A stretch of DNA of 59,626 nucleotides, counting the filler. It is 6 parts of 6 records of this genome, joined end to end, with 100 filler letters (N's around TTAATTAATTAA, not from the genome) between each part and the next. Parts side by side here need not be neighbours in the genome. Positions count along the whole stretch, not along the records: positions 1 to 13,235 come from SRR31156797_15186; positions 13,336 to 20,617 come from SRR31156797_15198; 4 more parts are not named here. One strand, given 5' to 3'. Positions 1-13,443 of this stretch are shown in pieces (the first letter of the stretch is position 1; every line of letters starts with the position of its first letter). The notes under the pieces are model-generated. The model ran no database searches. It saw only the letters and a program-made list of their open reading frames with translations, and was not told the origin of the DNA. The translations under genes were made by a program, and so were the position numbers.

Positions 1-435
1 GGTCACTTTGCGAAAGCAGGTGTTGAAGCTGGTCGTGGTCTTTGGGAATTCCGCTTAGAAAGCGGCGAAGAGTTTGAAGTTGGTGCTGAACTAACTGTTG
101 AACTTTTCAACGAAATCAAAAAAGTAGACGTTACTGGTACTTCTAAAGGTAAGGGCTTCCAAGGCGTTGTAAAACGTTGGAACTTCCGTACTCAGGATAT
201 GACTCACGGTAACTCTTTGTCTCACCGTGCTCCTGGTTCTATCGGTCAATGTCAGACTCCAGGTCGCGTGTTTAAAGGCAAAAAAATGTCTGGTCACATG
301 GGTGCAGAGCGTGTAACGACTCAAAACCTTGAGATCGTTCGTGTTGATGCTGAGCGCAATCTGCTTCTTATTAAAGGTGCAGTCCCTGGCTCAATTGGCG
401 GTAATGTTATCGTCAAACCAGCAGTTAAAGCATAA
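1..435 (+). CDS. rplC: 50S ribosomal protein L3 (5' truncated)
   Basis: Frame 1 open from base 1 ([18 protein letters not shown]...[14 protein letters not shown]...[14 protein letters not shown]...GKKMSGHMG); upstream of rplD. Confidence 0.98.
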   Translation, partial: GHFAKAGVEAGRGLWEFRLESGEEFEVGAELTVELFNEIKKVDVTGTSKGKGFQGVVKRWNFRTQDMTHGNSLSHRAPGSIGQCQTPGRVFKGKKMSGHMGAERVTTQNLEIVRVDAERNLLLIKGAVPGSIGGNVIVKPAVKA

Positions 436-451
436 CGTCTAGGAGTAAGTA

Positions 452-1054
452 ATGGAATTGATGGTTAAAGGTGCTAACGCACTAACTGTTTCCGAAACTA
501 CTTTCGGACGTGAGTTCAACGAAGCTCTTGTACACCAAGTAGTTGTTGCGTACGCAGCAGGTGCTCGTCAAGGTACTCGTGCTCAAAAAACACGTTCAGA
601 AGTTTCTGGCGGTGGCGCTAAGCCATGGCGCCAAAAAGGTACTGGCCGTGCGCGTGCTGGTACTATTCGTAGCCCAATCTGGCGTACAGGTGGTGTTACT
701 TTTGCTGCGAAACCACAAGATCACAGCCAAAAAGTAAACAAAAAAATGTACCGTGGTGCTATGAAAAGCATTTTCTCTGAGCTAGTTCGTCAAGAGCGTT
801 TAATCGTTGTTGAAAACTTCTCAGTAGAAGCACCAAAAACTAAAGAGCTAACAGCTAAGCTGAAAGAACTTGAACTTAACGATGTACTAATCGTTACTGG
901 TGAAGTAGACGAGAATCTATTCTTAGCTGCGCGTAACCTATACAAAGTTGACGTGCGTGACGTTTCTGGTATCGACCCAGTAAGCCTAATCGCATTTGAC
1001 AAGGTTCTTATGACTGCTGATGCAGTTAAGCAAGTTGAGGAGATGCTGGCATGA
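452..1054 (+). CDS. rplD: 50S ribosomal protein L4
   Basis: [14 protein letters not shown] motif; S10 operon order. Confidence 0.99.
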   Translation: MELMVKGANALTVSETTFGREFNEALVHQVVVAYAAGARQGTRAQKTRSEVSGGGAKPWRQKGTGRARAGTIRSPIWRTGGVTFAAKPQDHSQKVNKKMYRGAMKSIFSELVRQERLIVVENFSVEAPKTKELTAKLKELELNDVLIVTGEVDENLFLAARNLYKVDVRDVSGIDPVSLIAFDKVLMTADAVKQVEEMLA

Positions 1055-1353
1055 TCCGTGAAGAGCGTCTACTAAAAGTTCTACGTGCACCGCACATCTC
1101 TGAAAAAGCAACAATGGCTGCTGAGAAAGCGAACACTATCGTTTTCAAAGTATCTATCGATGCTACTAAAAAAGAGATCAAAGCAGCTGTAGAAAAGCTA
1201 TTTGAAGTTGAAGTTAAGTCTGTAAATACTCTTATCACTAAGGGTAAGACCAAGCGTCAAGGGCTACGCCAAGGCCGTCGTTCAGACGTGAAAAAAGCGT
1301 ACGTTACTTTGAACGAAGGTCAAGATCTTGACTTTGTTGGCGGCGCGGAATAA
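1051..1353 (+). CDS. rplW: 50S ribosomal protein L23
   Basis: [23 protein letters not shown]; operon order. Confidence 0.99.
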   Translation: MIREERLLKVLRAPHISEKATMAAEKANTIVFKVSIDATKKEIKAAVEKLFEVEVKSVNTLITKGKTKRQGLRQGRRSDVKKAYVTLNEGQDLDFVGGAE

Positions 1354-1369
1354 CAGGAGTAGTTGAAAA

Positions 1370-2194
<825 letters not shown>

Positions 2195-2211
2195 TCTATT
2201 TAAGAGGATAA

Positions 2212-2493
<282 letters not shown>

Positions 2494-2503
2494 GGAGTAG
2501 ATG

Positions 2504-2836
2504 ATGGAAGCAGTAGCTAAACATAACTTTGCTCGCATTTCGCCTCAGAAAGCTCGCTTAGTTGCAGATCAAATTCGCGGCAAGAACGTTGACCAAGCTC
2601 TAGAACTTCTAACTTTCAGCAACAAAAAAGCTGCTGAGCTAGTTAAGAAAGTTCTTGAGTCAGCAATCGCTAACGCAGAACACAACGAAGGTGCTGACAT
2701 TGACGATCTACGTGTCGCTAAAATCTTCGTAGATGAGGGCCCTATCATGAAGCGTATTATGCCTCGTGCTAAAGGCCGTGCGGATCGTATCTTGAAGCGT
2801 TCAAGCCACATCACTGTTGTTGTAGCAGACGCTTGA
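2504..2836 (+). CDS. rplV: 50S ribosomal protein L22
   Basis: [21 protein letters not shown]; second ATG fits SD AGGAG spacing. Confidence 0.98.
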   Translation: MEAVAKHNFARISPQKARLVADQIRGKNVDQALELLTFSNKKAAELVKKVLESAIANAEHNEGADIDDLRVAKIFVDEGPIMKRIMPRAKGRADRILKRSSHITVVVADA

Positions 2837-2853
2837 GACTAGGAGAGTAAGCA

Positions 2854-3555
2854 ATGGGTCAGAAAGTACATCCTAATGGTATTCGTCTAGGCATCGTTAA
2901 GCCTTGGAATGCTACATGGTTTGCTAATACCAAAGATTTCGCTGACAACCTAGACGGCGACTTCAAGGTACGTCAGTTCCTAACTAAAGAACTGTCAAAA
3001 GCGTCTCTATCACGCATCGTTATCGAACGTCCTGCGAAGAGCATCCGTGTGACTATTCACACTGCTCGCCCAGGTGTTGTTATCGGTAAGAAAGGTGAAG
3101 ACGTAGAAAAGCTACGCACAGCTGTAGCTAAAATTGCAGGTGTACCAGCGCAAATTAATATCGCTGAAGTACGTAAGCCTGAGCTAGACGGTCAATTAGT
3201 GGCTGATAGCATCGCGTCTCAACTAGAGCGTCGCGTTATGTTCCGTCGTGCTATGAAGCGCGCAGTACAAAACGCTATGCGTCTAGGCGCTAAAGGTATC
3301 AAAGTGGAAGTAAGTGGCCGTCTAGGCGGTGCTGAAATTGCACGTTCTGAGTGGTACCGTGAAGGCCGTGTGCCTCTACACACTCTACGTGCTGACATTG
3401 ATTACGCAACTTCTTCGGCTCACACCCAATACGGTGTAATCGGCATTAAAGTTTGGATCTTCAAAGGTGAGATTCTAGGCGGTATGCCAGCTGCTAACGC
3501 AGTTGAGCCTAAGGCTGACAAGCCTAACAAGAAGCCGCGTAAAGGCCGTAAGTAA
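2854..3555 (+). CDS. rpsC: 30S ribosomal protein S3
   Basis: [27 protein letters not shown]. Confidence 0.99.
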
Positions 3556-3566
3556 GGAGTCGACAG

Positions 3567-3977
3567 ATGCTACAACCTAAACGTACTAAGTTCCGTAAGG
3601 TTCATACTGGTCGTAACCGTGGTCTAGCGAAAGGTACTGAAGTTAGCTTTGGTTCTTTTGGTTTGAAAGCTGTAGGCCGTGGTCGTCTAACTGCTCGTCA
3701 AATCGAAGCGGCACGTCGTGCGATGACACGTCACATTAAACGTCAAGGTAAAATCTGGATCCGTGTGTTCCCAGACAAACCTATCACAGAGAAACCACTT
3801 GAAGTTCGTCAAGGTAAGGGTAAAGGTAACGTTGAGTACTGGGTAGCCCAAATCCAACCTGGCAAGGTTATGTACGAAGTTGATGGTGTTCCTGAAGAAT
3901 TGGCTCGTGAAGCGTTCCGCCTAGCGGCACGTAAACTGCCATTCAAGACGACATTTGTAACTAAGCAGGTGATGTGA
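3567..3977 (+). CDS. rplP: 50S ribosomal protein L16
   Basis: [21 protein letters not shown]. Confidence 0.99.
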
Positions 3978-4168
3978 TGAAAGCACAAGATCTACGCGAA
4001 AAAAGCGTTGAAGAGCTTAACACTGAGTTACTAGAGTTGCTAAAAGAGCAGTTCAACTTGCGTATGCAGGCTGCAACTGGTCAACTACAGCAAACTCACA
4101 CTCTGAAAGCTGTACGCCGTGATATCGCACGTGTGAAAACTGTTTTGACTGAGAAGGCAGGCGCATAA
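3977..4168 (+). CDS. rpmC: 50S ribosomal protein L29
   Basis: [14 protein letters not shown]...[12 protein letters not shown] overlaps rplP stop (TGATG). Confidence 0.98.
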   Translation: MKAQDLREKSVEELNTELLELLKEQFNLRMQAATGQLQQTHTLKAVRRDIARVKTVLTEKAGA

Positions 4169-4422
4169 TGAGCGACAAAATTCGTACCCAGCAAGGTCGT
4201 GTTACTAGTGACAAGATGGACAAGTCTATCACTGTTGCTATTGAGCGTTTCGTAAAGCACCCTATCTACGGTAAATACGTTAAGCGCACGACTAAACTAC
4301 ACGCACATGATGAAAACAACGAGTGTGGCCTAGGCGACCTAGTTGAAATCAAAGAGTGTCGTCCATTGTCTAAGACTAAGTCTTGGACTTTGGTTAAAGT
4401 CTTAGAAAAAGCTAAAATCTAA
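4168..4422 (+). CDS. rpsQ: 30S ribosomal protein S17
   Basis: [23 protein letters not shown]. Confidence 0.99.
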   Translation: MSDKIRTQQGRVTSDKMDKSITVAIERFVKHPIYGKYVKRTTKLHAHDENNECGLGDLVEIKECRPLSKTKSWTLVKVLEKAKI

Positions 4423-4439
4423 TTAGTTTTATCTAAACG

Positions 4440-4482
4440 AATAAACGGCTCCAAAAACTTTTTTTGGGGCCGTTTATTTTTT
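4440..4482 (+). terminator. Intrinsic terminator of S10 operon
   Basis: AATAAACGGC...GCCGTTTATT stem followed by T tract after rpsQ. Confidence 0.8.
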
Positions 4483-4484
4483 GA

Positions 4485-4523
4485 CTACCCAATGTCTAAA
4501 AAGGGTGCTACAATTCGCGTCCC
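4485..4523 (+). promoter_or_regulatory. spc operon promoter
   Basis: CTACCC (4485-4490), extended -10 TGcTACAAT (4506-4514), GC-rich discriminator; same layout as E. coli Pspc. Confidence 0.7.
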
Positions 4524-4583
4524 TTTAAAGAGGCAGCCCGACCCGTGAGGGTCTAGTTTTATAATATTTAGCGGAGCACTAAC

Positions 4584-4955
4584 ATGATCCAAATGCAAAG
4601 TATGCTGGACGCAGCTGATAACTCAGGCGCTCGCAGCGTAATGTGTATTAAGGTTCTGGGTGGCTCTCACCGTCGTTACGCCCATGTTGGCGACATCATT
4701 AAGGTTACTGTTAAGGAAGCAATTCCTCGCGGTAAAGTTAAGAAAGGTGATGTACTGAAGGCGGTGGTAGTTCGCACCCGTAAAGGCGTACGTCGTCCAG
4801 ACGGTTCTGTCATTCGCTTCGACCGTAATGCTTGTGTATTGCTTAATAACACTACCGAGCAACCAGTCGGTACACGTATCTTTGGTCCAGTGACTCGTGA
4901 ACTTCGTAACGCGAAATTCATGAAGATTGTTTCACTGGCTCCAGAAGTTCTGTAA
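4584..4955 (+). CDS. rplN: 50S ribosomal protein L14
   Basis: [21 protein letters not shown]. Confidence 0.99.
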   Translation: MIQMQSMLDAADNSGARSVMCIKVLGGSHRRYAHVGDIIKVTVKEAIPRGKVKKGDVLKAVVVRTRKGVRRPDGSVIRFDRNACVLLNNTTEQPVGTRIFGPVTRELRNAKFMKIVSLAPEVL

Positions 4956-4968
4956 GGAGCACGTAAAG

Positions 4969-5286
4969 ATGGCAGCTAAAATCCGTCGTAATGACGAAGT
5001 AATCGTTCTTGCTGGTAAAGATAAAGGCAAGAAAGGTAAAGTAACTAAGGTTCTAGCAACTGGTAAAGTTATCGTAGAAGGTATTAACCTTGTTAAGAAA
5101 CACCAGAAACCTGTTCCTGCACTAGGCATCCAAGGTGGTGTTGTAGAGCAAGAAGCAGCGATCGACGTTTCTAACGTGGCAATCTTCAACGCAGCTACTG
5201 GTAAAGCTGACCGTATCGGTTTCCGTTTCGAAGATGGTAAGAAAGTTCGTTTCTTTAAATCTAACAACGAAATCGTTTCTAACTAA
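4969..5286 (+). CDS. rplX: 50S ribosomal protein L24
   Basis: [21 protein letters not shown]; start corrected to ATG 4969 after SD AGGAG. Confidence 0.98.
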   Translation: MAAKIRRNDEVIVLAGKDKGKKGKVTKVLATGKVIVEGINLVKKHQKPVPALGIQGGVVEQEAAIDVSNVAIFNAATGKADRIGFRFEDGKKVRFFKSNNEIVSN

Positions 5287-5309
5287 TAGAAGTAATTTGG
5301 AGTTCTACT

Positions 5310-5849
5310 ATGGCGAAACTGCATGATTACTACAAGTCGTCTGTAGTCGCTGATCTGACCAAACAGTTCAGCTATACAAGCGTCATGCAAGTCCCTAGAA
5401 TTGAGAAAATCACCCTCAATATGGGCGTTGGTGAAGCAATCAACGATAAGAAACTGCTAGAAAACGCAGCATCTGATATGGCAACGATCTCTGGTCAAAA
5501 GCCACTAATCACTAAAGCGCGTAAATCTGTTGCAGGTTTCAAAATCCGTGAAGGCTACCCAATTGGTTGTAAAGTAACCTTGCGTGGCGAGCGCATGTGG
5601 GATTTTCTGGAGCGTTTGATTTCTATCGCTCTTCCACGTGTACGAGATTTCCGTGGTGTTAGCGCTAAGTCTTTTGACGGTCGCGGTAACTACAGCATGG
5701 GCGTTCGCGAGCAAATCATCTTCCCGGAAATCGACTATGATAAAGTCGATCGTGTACGCGGTCTTGATATTACTATCACGACTACCGCGTCTACCGATGA
5801 GGAAGGCCGAGCTCTGCTGGCTGCCTTTAACTTCCCATTCCGCAAGTAA
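5310..5849 (+). CDS. rplE: 50S ribosomal protein L5
   Basis: [25 protein letters not shown]. Confidence 0.99.
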   Translation: MAKLHDYYKSSVVADLTKQFSYTSVMQVPRIEKITLNMGVGEAINDKKLLENAASDMATISGQKPLITKARKSVAGFKIREGYPIGCKVTLRGERMWDFLERLISIALPRVRDFRGVSAKSFDGRGNYSMGVREQIIFPEIDYDKVDRVRGLDITITTTASTDEEGRALLAAFNFPFRK

Positions 5850-5866
5850 GGTGACGGGTTACTGTT

Positions 5867-6172
5867 ATGGCTAAAAATTCAATGAAGGCACGCGAAGCTA
5901 AGCGTGCAAAGCTAGTAGCACAATACGCTGAAAAGCGTGCTGCGCTTAAAGCTACAATCAGCGATGTAAACGCATCTGAAGAAGACCGTTGGAACGCAGT
6001 TCTTAAACTGCAATCTCTTCCACGTGATTCAAGTGCATCACGTCAGCGCAACCGTTGTAACCAAACTGGTCGTCCACACGGTTACCTACGTAAGTTCGGT
6101 TTAAGCCGTATCAAAGTTCGTGAAGCTTGCATGAAAGGCGAGATTCCTGGACTTCGTAAGGCTAGCTGGTAA
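5867..6172 (+). CDS. rpsN: 30S ribosomal protein S14 (101-aa zinc-independent type)
   Basis: [23 protein letters not shown]. Confidence 0.99.
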   Translation: MAKNSMKAREAKRAKLVAQYAEKRAALKATISDVNASEEDRWNAVLKLQSLPRDSSASRQRNRCNQTGRPHGYLRKFGLSRIKVREACMKGEIPGLRKASW

Positions 6173-6201
6173 TTGCCACTTAATCATTTGGAGTAAAGAC
6201 T

Positions 6202-6594
6202 ATGAGCATGCAAGATCCGATTTCGGATATGCTGACCCGTGTTCGTAACGGTCAGGCAGCAAATAAAGTTGCTGTAAAAATGCCTTCTTCAAAGCTTAAA
6301 GTTGCAATTGCTGCACTACTTAAAGCTGAAGGTTACATCGTAGACTTCGCTGTTGAAAGCGGAGCAAAACCTGAGCTAGAAATCACTCTTAAGTATTTCC
6401 AAGCTAAACCAGTAATTGAGCAAATCAAACGTGTTTCACGTCCTGGTCTTCGTGTTTACAAGAAGAAAGGCGAACTACCTTCTGTAATGGGTGGTCTTGG
6501 TATTGCTGTTGTTTCAACGTCAAAGGGTCTTATGTCTGACCGTGCTGCTCGTAAAGCAGGTCTAGGCGGCGAAATCCTTTGCTACGTAGCATAA
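6202..6594 (+). CDS. rpsH: 30S ribosomal protein S8
   Basis: [29 protein letters not shown]. Confidence 0.99.
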   Translation: MSMQDPISDMLTRVRNGQAANKVAVKMPSSKLKVAIAALLKAEGYIVDFAVESGAKPELEITLKYFQAKPVIEQIKRVSRPGLRVYKKKGELPSVMGGLGIAVVSTSKGLMSDRAARKAGLGGEILCYVA

Positions 6595-6608
6595 TTAAGG
6601 AGTAGAAC

Positions 6609-7142
6609 ATGTCTCGTGTTGCTAAAGCACCTGTCGCTATTCCAGCTGGCGTAGAGGTGAAATTGAACGGTCAAGAGATCACTGTAAAAGGCGCAAAGGG
6701 TGAATTAACTCGCGTGCTTAACAATGCAGTTGTGATCGCTCAAGAAGACAACAACCTAACATTCGGCCCTGTTGAAGGCGCTGCGAATGCTTGGGCACAA
6801 GCAGGTACTGCTCGTGCACTAGTAAACAACATGGTTGTTGGTGTTACTGAAGGCTTTACTAAGAAGCTAACCCTTAAGGGTGTTGGTTACCGTGCTGCTA
6901 TGAAAGGCAACGCTGTAGCTTTAACTCTAGGCTTCTCTCACCCAGTTGAGCACGAGTTGCCAGCGGGTATTAAAGCTGAGTGTCCAAGCCAAACTGAAAT
7001 TGTACTAACAGGTGCTGATAAGCAAGTTGTTGGTCAAGTTGCGGCTGACATTCGTTCTTACCGCGCGCCTGAGCCTTATAAAGGTAAAGGTATTCGTTAC
7101 GCAGATGAAAATGTGCGTACTAAAGAAGCTAAGAAGAAGTAA
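6609..7142 (+). CDS. rplF: 50S ribosomal protein L6
   Basis: [17 protein letters not shown]. Confidence 0.99.
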   Translation: MSRVAKAPVAIPAGVEVKLNGQEITVKGAKGELTRVLNNAVVIAQEDNNLTFGPVEGAANAWAQAGTARALVNNMVVGVTEGFTKKLTLKGVGYRAAMKGNAVALTLGFSHPVEHELPAGIKAECPSQTEIVLTGADKQVVGQVAADIRSYRAPEPYKGKGIRYADENVRTKEAKKK

Positions 7143-7151
7143 GGTAACACT

Positions 7152-7505
7152 ATGGATAAGAAAGCATCTCGCATCCGTCGTGCTACACGTGCACGTCGTA
7201 AGATTGCAGAACTGGGTGCAACTCGCCTAGTAGTACACCGTACTCCTCGTCACGTGTACGCACAAGTGATTGCAGCTAATGGCTCTGAGGTTATCGCAGC
7301 AGCATCTACTGTAGAAAAAGCGATCCGTGAGCAAGTTAAGAACACTGGTAACGTTGATGCAGCTAAAGCAGTAGGTAAAGCTGTTGCTGAGCGCGCTATT
7401 GAAAAAGGCGTGTCTACAGTTGCATTTGATCGTTCTGGTTTCCAATACCACGGTCGAGTAGCGGCGCTAGCAGAATCTGCTCGCGAAGCTGGTCTGAAAT
7501 TCTAA
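7152..7505 (+). CDS. rplR: 50S ribosomal protein L18
   Basis: [12 protein letters not shown]. Confidence 0.99.
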   Translation: MDKKASRIRRATRARRKIAELGATRLVVHRTPRHVYAQVIAANGSEVIAAASTVEKAIREQVKNTGNVDAAKAVGKAVAERAIEKGVSTVAFDRSGFQYHGRVAALAESAREAGLKF

Positions 7506-7519
7506 GGTAGGGTTGGAAG

Positions 7520-8023
7520 ATGGCTAAAGAACAACAATCGCAAGCAAGTGATTTGCAAGAAAAGTTAATCGCTGTTAACCGTGTTTCTAAAACGGTTAAA
7601 GGTGGTCGAATCATGAGCTTCACTGCACTAACAGTAGTTGGTGACGGTAACGGTCGTGTAGGTTTCGGTTACGGCAAAGCCCGTGAAGTACCTGCAGCGA
7701 TTCAAAAAGCAATGGAAAAAGCACGTCGTAACATGACTACGATCGCGCTTAACGAAGGCACTCTTCACCACCCGGTGAAAGGTCGTCACTCGGGCTCTAA
7801 AGTTTACATGCAGCCAGCTGCAGAAGGTACGGGTGTTATCGCAGGTGGTGCGATGCGTGCAGTACTAGAAGTTGCAGGTGTACACAACGTACTATCTAAA
7901 GCATACGGTTCTACGAACCCTATCAACATCGTTCGTGCAACGATCGATGCACTAGGTAGCATGAAGTCACCAGACATGGTTGCTGCTAAACGTGGTCTAA
8001 CTGTTGAATCTATTTCGGAGTAA
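7520..8023 (+). CDS. rpsE: 30S ribosomal protein S5
   Basis: [19 protein letters not shown]. Confidence 0.99.
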   Translation: MAKEQQSQASDLQEKLIAVNRVSKTVKGGRIMSFTALTVVGDGNGRVGFGYGKAREVPAAIQKAMEKARRNMTTIALNEGTLHHPVKGRHSGSKVYMQPAAEGTGVIAGGAMRAVLEVAGVHNVLSKAYGSTNPINIVRATIDALGSMKSPDMVAAKRGLTVESISE

Positions 8024-8030
8024 GAACACA

Positions 8031-8207
8031 ATGGCAACTATTAAAGTAACTCAAACTAAAAGCTCAATTGGTCGCCTACCTAAGCATAAAGCTACACTGC
8101 GCGGTTTAGGCCTTCGTAAAATCAACCATACAGTAGAACTTGAAGATACTCCGTGCATTCGCGGTATGATCAACAAGGTTTACTACATGGTTAAAGTTGA
8201 GGAGTAA
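8031..8207 (+). CDS. rpmD: 50S ribosomal protein L30
   Basis: [21 protein letters not shown]; start corrected to ATG 8031. Confidence 0.98.
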   Translation: MATIKVTQTKSSIGRLPKHKATLRGLGLRKINHTVELEDTPCIRGMINKVYYMVKVEE

Positions 8208-8212
8208 TCATA

Positions 8213-8647
8213 ATGTTTTTGAATACTCTATCACCGGCTGCGGGTTCTAAGCCTTCTAAGAAGCGCGTAGGCCGTGGTATCGGTTCAGGCCTAGGTAAAA
8301 CTGGTGGCCGTGGCCATAAAGGTCAAAAGTCGCGTTCAGGCGGTAAAGTTCGTCCAGGTTTCGAAGGCGGTCAAATGCCATTGAAACAACGTCTACCAAA
8401 ATTCGGTTTCACTTCTCGTAAGAGCCTAGTGACAGCTGAAGTTCGTCTAGCAGAGCTAGCGAAAGTAACAGGTGACGTGGTTGATCTAAACAGCTTGAAA
8501 GCTGCAAACGTTGTTACAAAGAACATCGAGTTTGTTAAAGTTGTTCTTTCTGGCGAGATCAGCAAGGCAGTGACTGTAAAAGGTCTGCGTGTTACTAAAG
8601 GCGCGCAAGCTGCAATCGAAGCTGCAGGCGGTAAAATCGAGGCATAA
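8213..8647 (+). CDS. rplO: 50S ribosomal protein L15
   Basis: [22 protein letters not shown]. Confidence 0.99.
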   Translation: MFLNTLSPAAGSKPSKKRVGRGIGSGLGKTGGRGHKGQKSRSGGKVRPGFEGGQMPLKQRLPKFGFTSRKSLVTAEVRLAELAKVTGDVVDLNSLKAANVVTKNIEFVKVVLSGEISKAVTVKGLRVTKGAQAAIEAAGGKIEA

Positions 8648-8667
8648 TCTCGAGGATTGAGGTACAG

Positions 8668-10002
8668 ATGGCTAAGAAACCAGGACAAGATTTTCGTAGT
8701 GCTCAGGGCGGCTTGGGTGAGTTAAAATCGCGCTTATTATTTGTAATTGGTGCACTTTTAGTATTCCGAGCGGGCTCTTTTGTGCCGATTCCTGGTATTG
8801 ATGCGGCTGTACTTGCCGATTTGTTCGAACAGCAAAAAGGTACCATCGTTGAAATGTTTAACATGTTCTCCGGTGGTGCTCTTTCGCGTGCATCTATCTT
8901 TGCATTGGGCATCATGCCGTATATTTCGGCATCTATTGTTGTCCAATTGCTTACAGTAGTTCATCCAGCGTTAGCGGAACTCAAGAAAGAGGGTGAAGCA
9001 GGCCGTCGTAAGATAAGCCAATATACGCGTTATGGCACGCTTGTACTTGCAACATTCCAAGCTATTGGTATTGCAACAGGTTTACCAAACATGGTCGACA
9101 ATCTGGTTGTTATCAACCAAACCATGTTTACCCTGATTGCTACCGTAAGTTTAGTAACCGGCACCATGTTCCTAATGTGGTTAGGTGAACAAATTACAGA
9201 GCGCGGAATTGGTAATGGTATTTCATTACTTATATTTGCAGGTATTGTTGCTGGATTGCCTTCGGCAATCGGACAAACTATCGAGCAAGCGCGTCAAGGT
9301 GAACTGCATGTACTTCTTCTGTTGTTAATCGCAGTATTGGCTTTTGCTGTTATTTACTTCGTAGTTTTCATGGAACGTGGTCAACGTCGTATCGTCGTTA
9401 ACTACGCGAAGCGTCAACAAGGTCGTAAAGTTTTTGCAGCACAAAGCACTCACTTGCCATTGAAAATTAATATGGCTGGTGTAATCCCTGCGATTTTTGC
9501 GTCAAGCATTATCTTGTTCCCAGGAACATTGGCGCAGTGGTTTGGTCAAAATGGCGAAAGTGCGACATTCGGTTGGTTAACTGATGTGTCTCTAGCGCTT
9601 AGCCCTGGTCAACCTCTGTATGTAATGCTTTATGCAGCAGCGATTATTTTCTTCTGTTTCTTCTATACAGCGTTGGTGTTTAACCCTCGCGAAACAGCAG
9701 ATAACTTGAAGAAGTCCGGTGCGTTCGTACCCGGTATCCGCCCAGGTGAACAGACAGCGAAGTATATCGATAAAGTGATGACACGTTTAACCCTTGCGGG
9801 TGCGTTGTATATTACTTTCATCTGTTTGATACCTGAGTTCATGATGGTCGCTTGGAACGTACGTTTCTATTTCGGCGGTACATCACTACTGATTGTAGTG
9901 GTTGTTATCATGGACTTTATGGCACAGGTTCAGACACATATGATGTCCAATCAATATGAGTCTGTGTTGAAAAAAGCGAACCTGAAAGGTTACGGTCGAT
10001 AA
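8668..10002 (+). CDS. secY: Preprotein translocase subunit SecY
   Basis: [28 protein letters not shown]; multi-TM. Confidence 0.99.
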   Translation: MAKKPGQDFRSAQGGLGELKSRLLFVIGALLVFRAGSFVPIPGIDAAVLADLFEQQKGTIVEMFNMFSGGALSRASIFALGIMPYISASIVVQLLTVVHPALAELKKEGEAGRRKISQYTRYGTLVLATFQAIGIATGLPNMVDNLVVINQTMFTLIATVSLVTGTMFLMWLGEQITERGIGNGISLLIFAGIVAGLPSAIGQTIEQARQGELHVLLLLLIAVLAFAVIYFVVFMERGQRRIVVNYAKRQQGRKVFAAQSTHLPLKINMAGVIPAIFASSIILFPGTLAQWFGQNGESATFGWLTDVSLALSPGQPLYVMLYAAAIIFFCFFYTALVFNPRETADNLKKSGAFVPGIRPGEQTAKYIDKVMTRLTLAGALYITFICLIPEFMMVAWNVRFYFGGTSLLIVVVVIMDFMAQVQTHMMSNQYESVLKKANLKGYGR

Positions 10003-10046
10003 TTCGACTATACTAAACCTTCAGGTCAGATTTACGGAGTTTAGCA

Positions 10047-10160
10047 ATGAAAGTTCGTGCTTCCGTTAAAAAAATCTGCCGTAACTGTAAAGTTATCAAG
10101 CGTAACGGTGTCGTTCGCGTGATTTGCAGTGAGCCAAAGCATAAACAACGCCAAGGCTAA
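10047..10160 (+). CDS. rpmJ: 50S ribosomal protein L36 (zinc-ribbon type); missing from ORF track
   Basis: Read manually: [37 protein letters not shown]. Confidence 0.98.
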
Positions 10161-10177
10161 TTAGCAGAAATTTTTAC

Positions 10178-10206
10178 TTGAAAATTAAAGGTTGGTCGAG
10201 TATATT
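10178..10206 (+). promoter_or_regulatory. alpha operon sigma70 promoter
   Basis: TTGAAA-17 nt-TATATT upstream of rpsM. Confidence 0.7.
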
Positions 10207-10243
10207 CCTCGGCCTACCTTTTGCGTGCAAAAGAAGTAGTATG

Positions 10244-10340
10244 CCGCAGCGTATCCTCTACGGGCTCTGCTGCGGATAATTCTTTATATAAAGTACCTAG
10301 GAGTGAATAGTGGCCCGTATAGCAGGCATTAACATTCCTG
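10244..10340 (+). promoter_or_regulatory. alpha operon leader / S4-binding pseudoknot
   Basis: Stem CCGCAGC(10244-50)/GCTGCGG(10269-75); loop TACGGGC(10259-65) complementary to GCCCGTA(10313-19) in rpsM; matches known E. coli architecture. Confidence 0.75.
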
Positions 10341-10666
10341 ATCAGAAACATGCTGTAATCGCTCTAACTGCGATTTTCGGCATCGGTAAGACTCGCTCTC
10401 AAGCTATCCTAGCTGAAGTGGGTATTGCTGAAAATGTTAAGATCAGTGAACTAACTGAAGAGCAGATCGATCAACTGCGTGATGGTGTAGCTAAGTACAC
10501 TGTAGAGGGTGATCTACGTCGTGAAGTATCTATGAACATCAAGCGTCTAATGGACCTTGGCTGTTACCGTGGTCTTCGTCATCGTCGCAGTCTACCACTA
10601 CGTGGACAGCGTACTAAAACCAACGCTCGCACCCGTAAGGGTCCGCGTAAGCCGATCAAGAAATAA
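10310..10666 (+). CDS. rpsM: 30S ribosomal protein S13
   Basis: GTG start; [23 protein letters not shown]. Confidence 0.99.
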   Translation: MARIAGINIPDQKHAVIALTAIFGIGKTRSQAILAEVGIAENVKISELTEEQIDQLRDGVAKYTVEGDLRREVSMNIKRLMDLGCYRGLRHRRSLPLRGQRTKTNARTRKGPRKPIKK

Positions 10667-11074
<408 letters not shown>

Positions 11075-11101
11075 CGTTTTTTAGTATACTGGAGAAAGAT
11101 C

Positions 11102-11722
11102 ATGGCAAGATATTTGGGTCCTAAGCTGAAGCTTAGCCGTCGTGAAGGCACTGACTTATTCCTTAAGTCTGGTGTTCGCGCGATCGATACCAAGTGTAAA
11201 ATTGATAACGCACCAGGTGTACACGGCGCTCGTCGCGGTCGTCTATCTGAGTATGGCGTTCAGCTTCGTGAGAAGCAAAAAGTACGTCGTATGTACGGCG
11301 TTCTAGAAAAACAATTCCGTAACTACTACAAAGAAGCTGCTCGCCTTAAAGGCAACACAGGTGAAAACCTACTTCAGCTTCTAGAAGGTCGTCTAGATAA
11401 CGTAGTTTACCGCATGGGCTTTGGCGCAACTCGCGCAGAAGCACGTCAGCTAGTTAGCCACAAAGCTATCCTAGTAAACGGTAAAGTTGTAAACGTTCCT
11501 TCTTTCAATGTTGCGGCTAACGACGTTGTTACAATCCGTGAAAAAGCTAAAAAGCAATCACGTATTGTTGCTGCTCTAGAAGTAGCAGAACAACGCGAAA
11601 AACCAACTTGGATTGAAGTAGATGCGAGCAAGATGGAAGGTACATTCAAGCGTTTGCCTGAACGTTCTGATCTATCAGCTGACATCAACGAACAATTGAT
11701 CGTCGAGCTTTACTCTAAGTAA
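11102..11722 (+). CDS. rpsD: 30S ribosomal protein S4
   Basis: [26 protein letters not shown]. Confidence 0.99.
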   Translation: MARYLGPKLKLSRREGTDLFLKSGVRAIDTKCKIDNAPGVHGARRGRLSEYGVQLREKQKVRRMYGVLEKQFRNYYKEAARLKGNTGENLLQLLEGRLDNVVYRMGFGATRAEARQLVSHKAILVNGKVVNVPSFNVAANDVVTIREKAKKQSRIVAALEVAEQREKPTWIEVDASKMEGTFKRLPERSDLSADINEQLIVELYSK

Positions 11723-11746
11723 GGTTTAAACTAAAGAGAGGACACA

Positions 11747-12739
11747 ATGCAGGGTTCTGTAACAGAATTTCTTAAGCCACGTCTTGTTGACATCGAACAG
11801 ATCAGCACGACACACGCAAAAGTAACTCTTGAGCCATTAGAGCGTGGTTTTGGCCACACTCTTGGTAATGCACTTCGCCGTATTTTACTATCTTCTATGC
11901 CGGGTTGTGCCGTAACAGAAGTAGAAATTGAAGGCGTACTTCATGAGTACAGCACTAAAGAAGGCGTTCAGGAAGATATTCTTGAAATCCTACTAAACCT
12001 TAAAGGTTTGGCTGTTCGCGTTGCCGAAGGCAAAGATGAAGTGTTCATTACACTGAACAAATCAGGCTCGGGCCCTGTGGTTGCAGGTGACATCACCCAT
12101 GATGGTGATGTAGAGATCGCTAACCCAGAACACGTTATTTGCCATCTAACTGATAGCAACTCTGAGATCGCTATGCGTATCAAAGTAGAACGTGGTCGTG
12201 GTTATGTTCCAGCTTCAGCCCGTATCCATACTGAAGAAGATGAGCGTCCAATCGGTCGTCTGCTTGTAGATGCGACTTTCAGCCCAGTAGACAAAATTGC
12301 TTACTCGGTTGATGCAGCTCGTGTTGAACAGCGCACTGATTTAGACAAGCTTGTTATCGATATGGAAACAAACGGAACTTTAGAACCTGAGGAAGCTATC
12401 CGTCGTGCAGCAACGATTCTTGCTGAACAATTGGATGCGTTCGTAGATCTACGTGATGTACGTGTACCTGAGGAGAAAGAAGAGAAGCCGGAATTCGATC
12501 CGATCCTACTCCGTCCTGTAGACGATCTTGAACTAACAGTACGCTCTGCTAACTGTCTGAAAGCAGAAGCGATTCACTACATCGGTGATCTAGTACAGCG
12601 CACTGAGGTTGAGCTACTTAAAACGCCTAACCTTGGTAAGAAATCTCTTACAGAGATTAAAGACGTGCTTGCATCACGTGGTCTTTCTCTAGGCATGCGC
12701 CTAGAAAATTGGCCGCCAGCGTCTATCGCTGAAGATTAA
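11747..12739 (+). CDS. rpoA: RNA polymerase alpha subunit
   Basis: [26 protein letters not shown]. Confidence 0.99.
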   Translation: MQGSVTEFLKPRLVDIEQISTTHAKVTLEPLERGFGHTLGNALRRILLSSMPGCAVTEVEIEGVLHEYSTKEGVQEDILEILLNLKGLAVRVAEGKDEVFITLNKSGSGPVVAGDITHDGDVEIANPEHVICHLTDSNSEIAMRIKVERGRGYVPASARIHTEEDERPIGRLLVDATFSPVDKIAYSVDAARVEQRTDLDKLVIDMETNGTLEPEEAIRRAATILAEQLDAFVDLRDVRVPEEKEEKPEFDPILLRPVDDLELTVRSANCLKAEAIHYIGDLVQRTEVELLKTPNLGKKSLTEIKDVLASRGLSLGMRLENWPPASIAED

Positions 12740-12765
12740 TCGATATTAGTTAGAAGGATTAGGTC

Positions 12766-13146
12766 ATGCGCCATCGTAAGAGTGGTCGTCAACTCAACCG
12801 CAACAGCTCACATCGTAAAGCGATGTTCAGCAATATGGCTAGCTCTCTTGTACGTCATGAAGTTATCAAGACTACATTGCCAAAAGCAAAAGAGCTACGT
12901 CGCGTAGTTGAGCCTTTGATTACACTAGCTAAGACTGACAGCGTTGCTAACCGTCGTCTTGCATTTGCTCGCACTCGTGATAACGAAGTTGTAGCAAAAC
13001 TATTTAACGAACTAGGTCCACGTTTTTCTGCTCGTCAGGGCGGTTACACTCGTATCCTAAAAGCTGGCTTCCGTGCTGGTGATAAAGCTCCAATGGCTTA
13101 CATTGAGCTTGTTGATCGCCCAGCTGCTGAAGAAGCTGCTGAGTAA
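12766..13146 (+). CDS. rplQ: 50S ribosomal protein L17
   Basis: [20 protein letters not shown]. Confidence 0.99.
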   Translation: MRHRKSGRQLNRNSSHRKAMFSNMASSLVRHEVIKTTLPKAKELRRVVEPLITLAKTDSVANRRLAFARTRDNEVVAKLFNELGPRFSARQGGYTRILKAGFRAGDKAPMAYIELVDRPAAEEAAE

Positions 13147-13161
13147 TCAGGTTCGCTAAAC

Positions 13162-13192
13162 AAAAAACCGAGCATTTATGCTCGGTTTTTTT
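13162..13192 (+). terminator. Intrinsic terminator after rplQ
   Basis: AAAAAACCGAGCAT-TT-ATGCTCGGTTTTTTT. Confidence 0.9.
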
Positions 13193-13235
13193 GTGCCTGA
13201 AATTTGAGTTATACCAATCTGGATAAGTTAATGTT

Positions 13236-13335
13236 NNNNNNNNNNNNNNNNNNNNNNNNNNNNNNNNNNNNNNNNNNNNTTAATTAATTAANNNNNNNNN
13301 NNNNNNNNNNNNNNNNNNNNNNNNNNNNNNNNNNN
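13236..13335. other. Artificial contig linker
   Basis: N44-TTAATTAATTAA-N44 (stops in all six frames). Confidence 0.99.
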
Positions 13336-13443
13336 TTTAGTATATAATGAATATGGCGATAATTAATAGAGAGAGGATAGCTTCCTCTGACTTTGATTTA
13401 TATTCAAAACTTCTTAAATTAAGTAAACACCCGGGAGGTCCAA

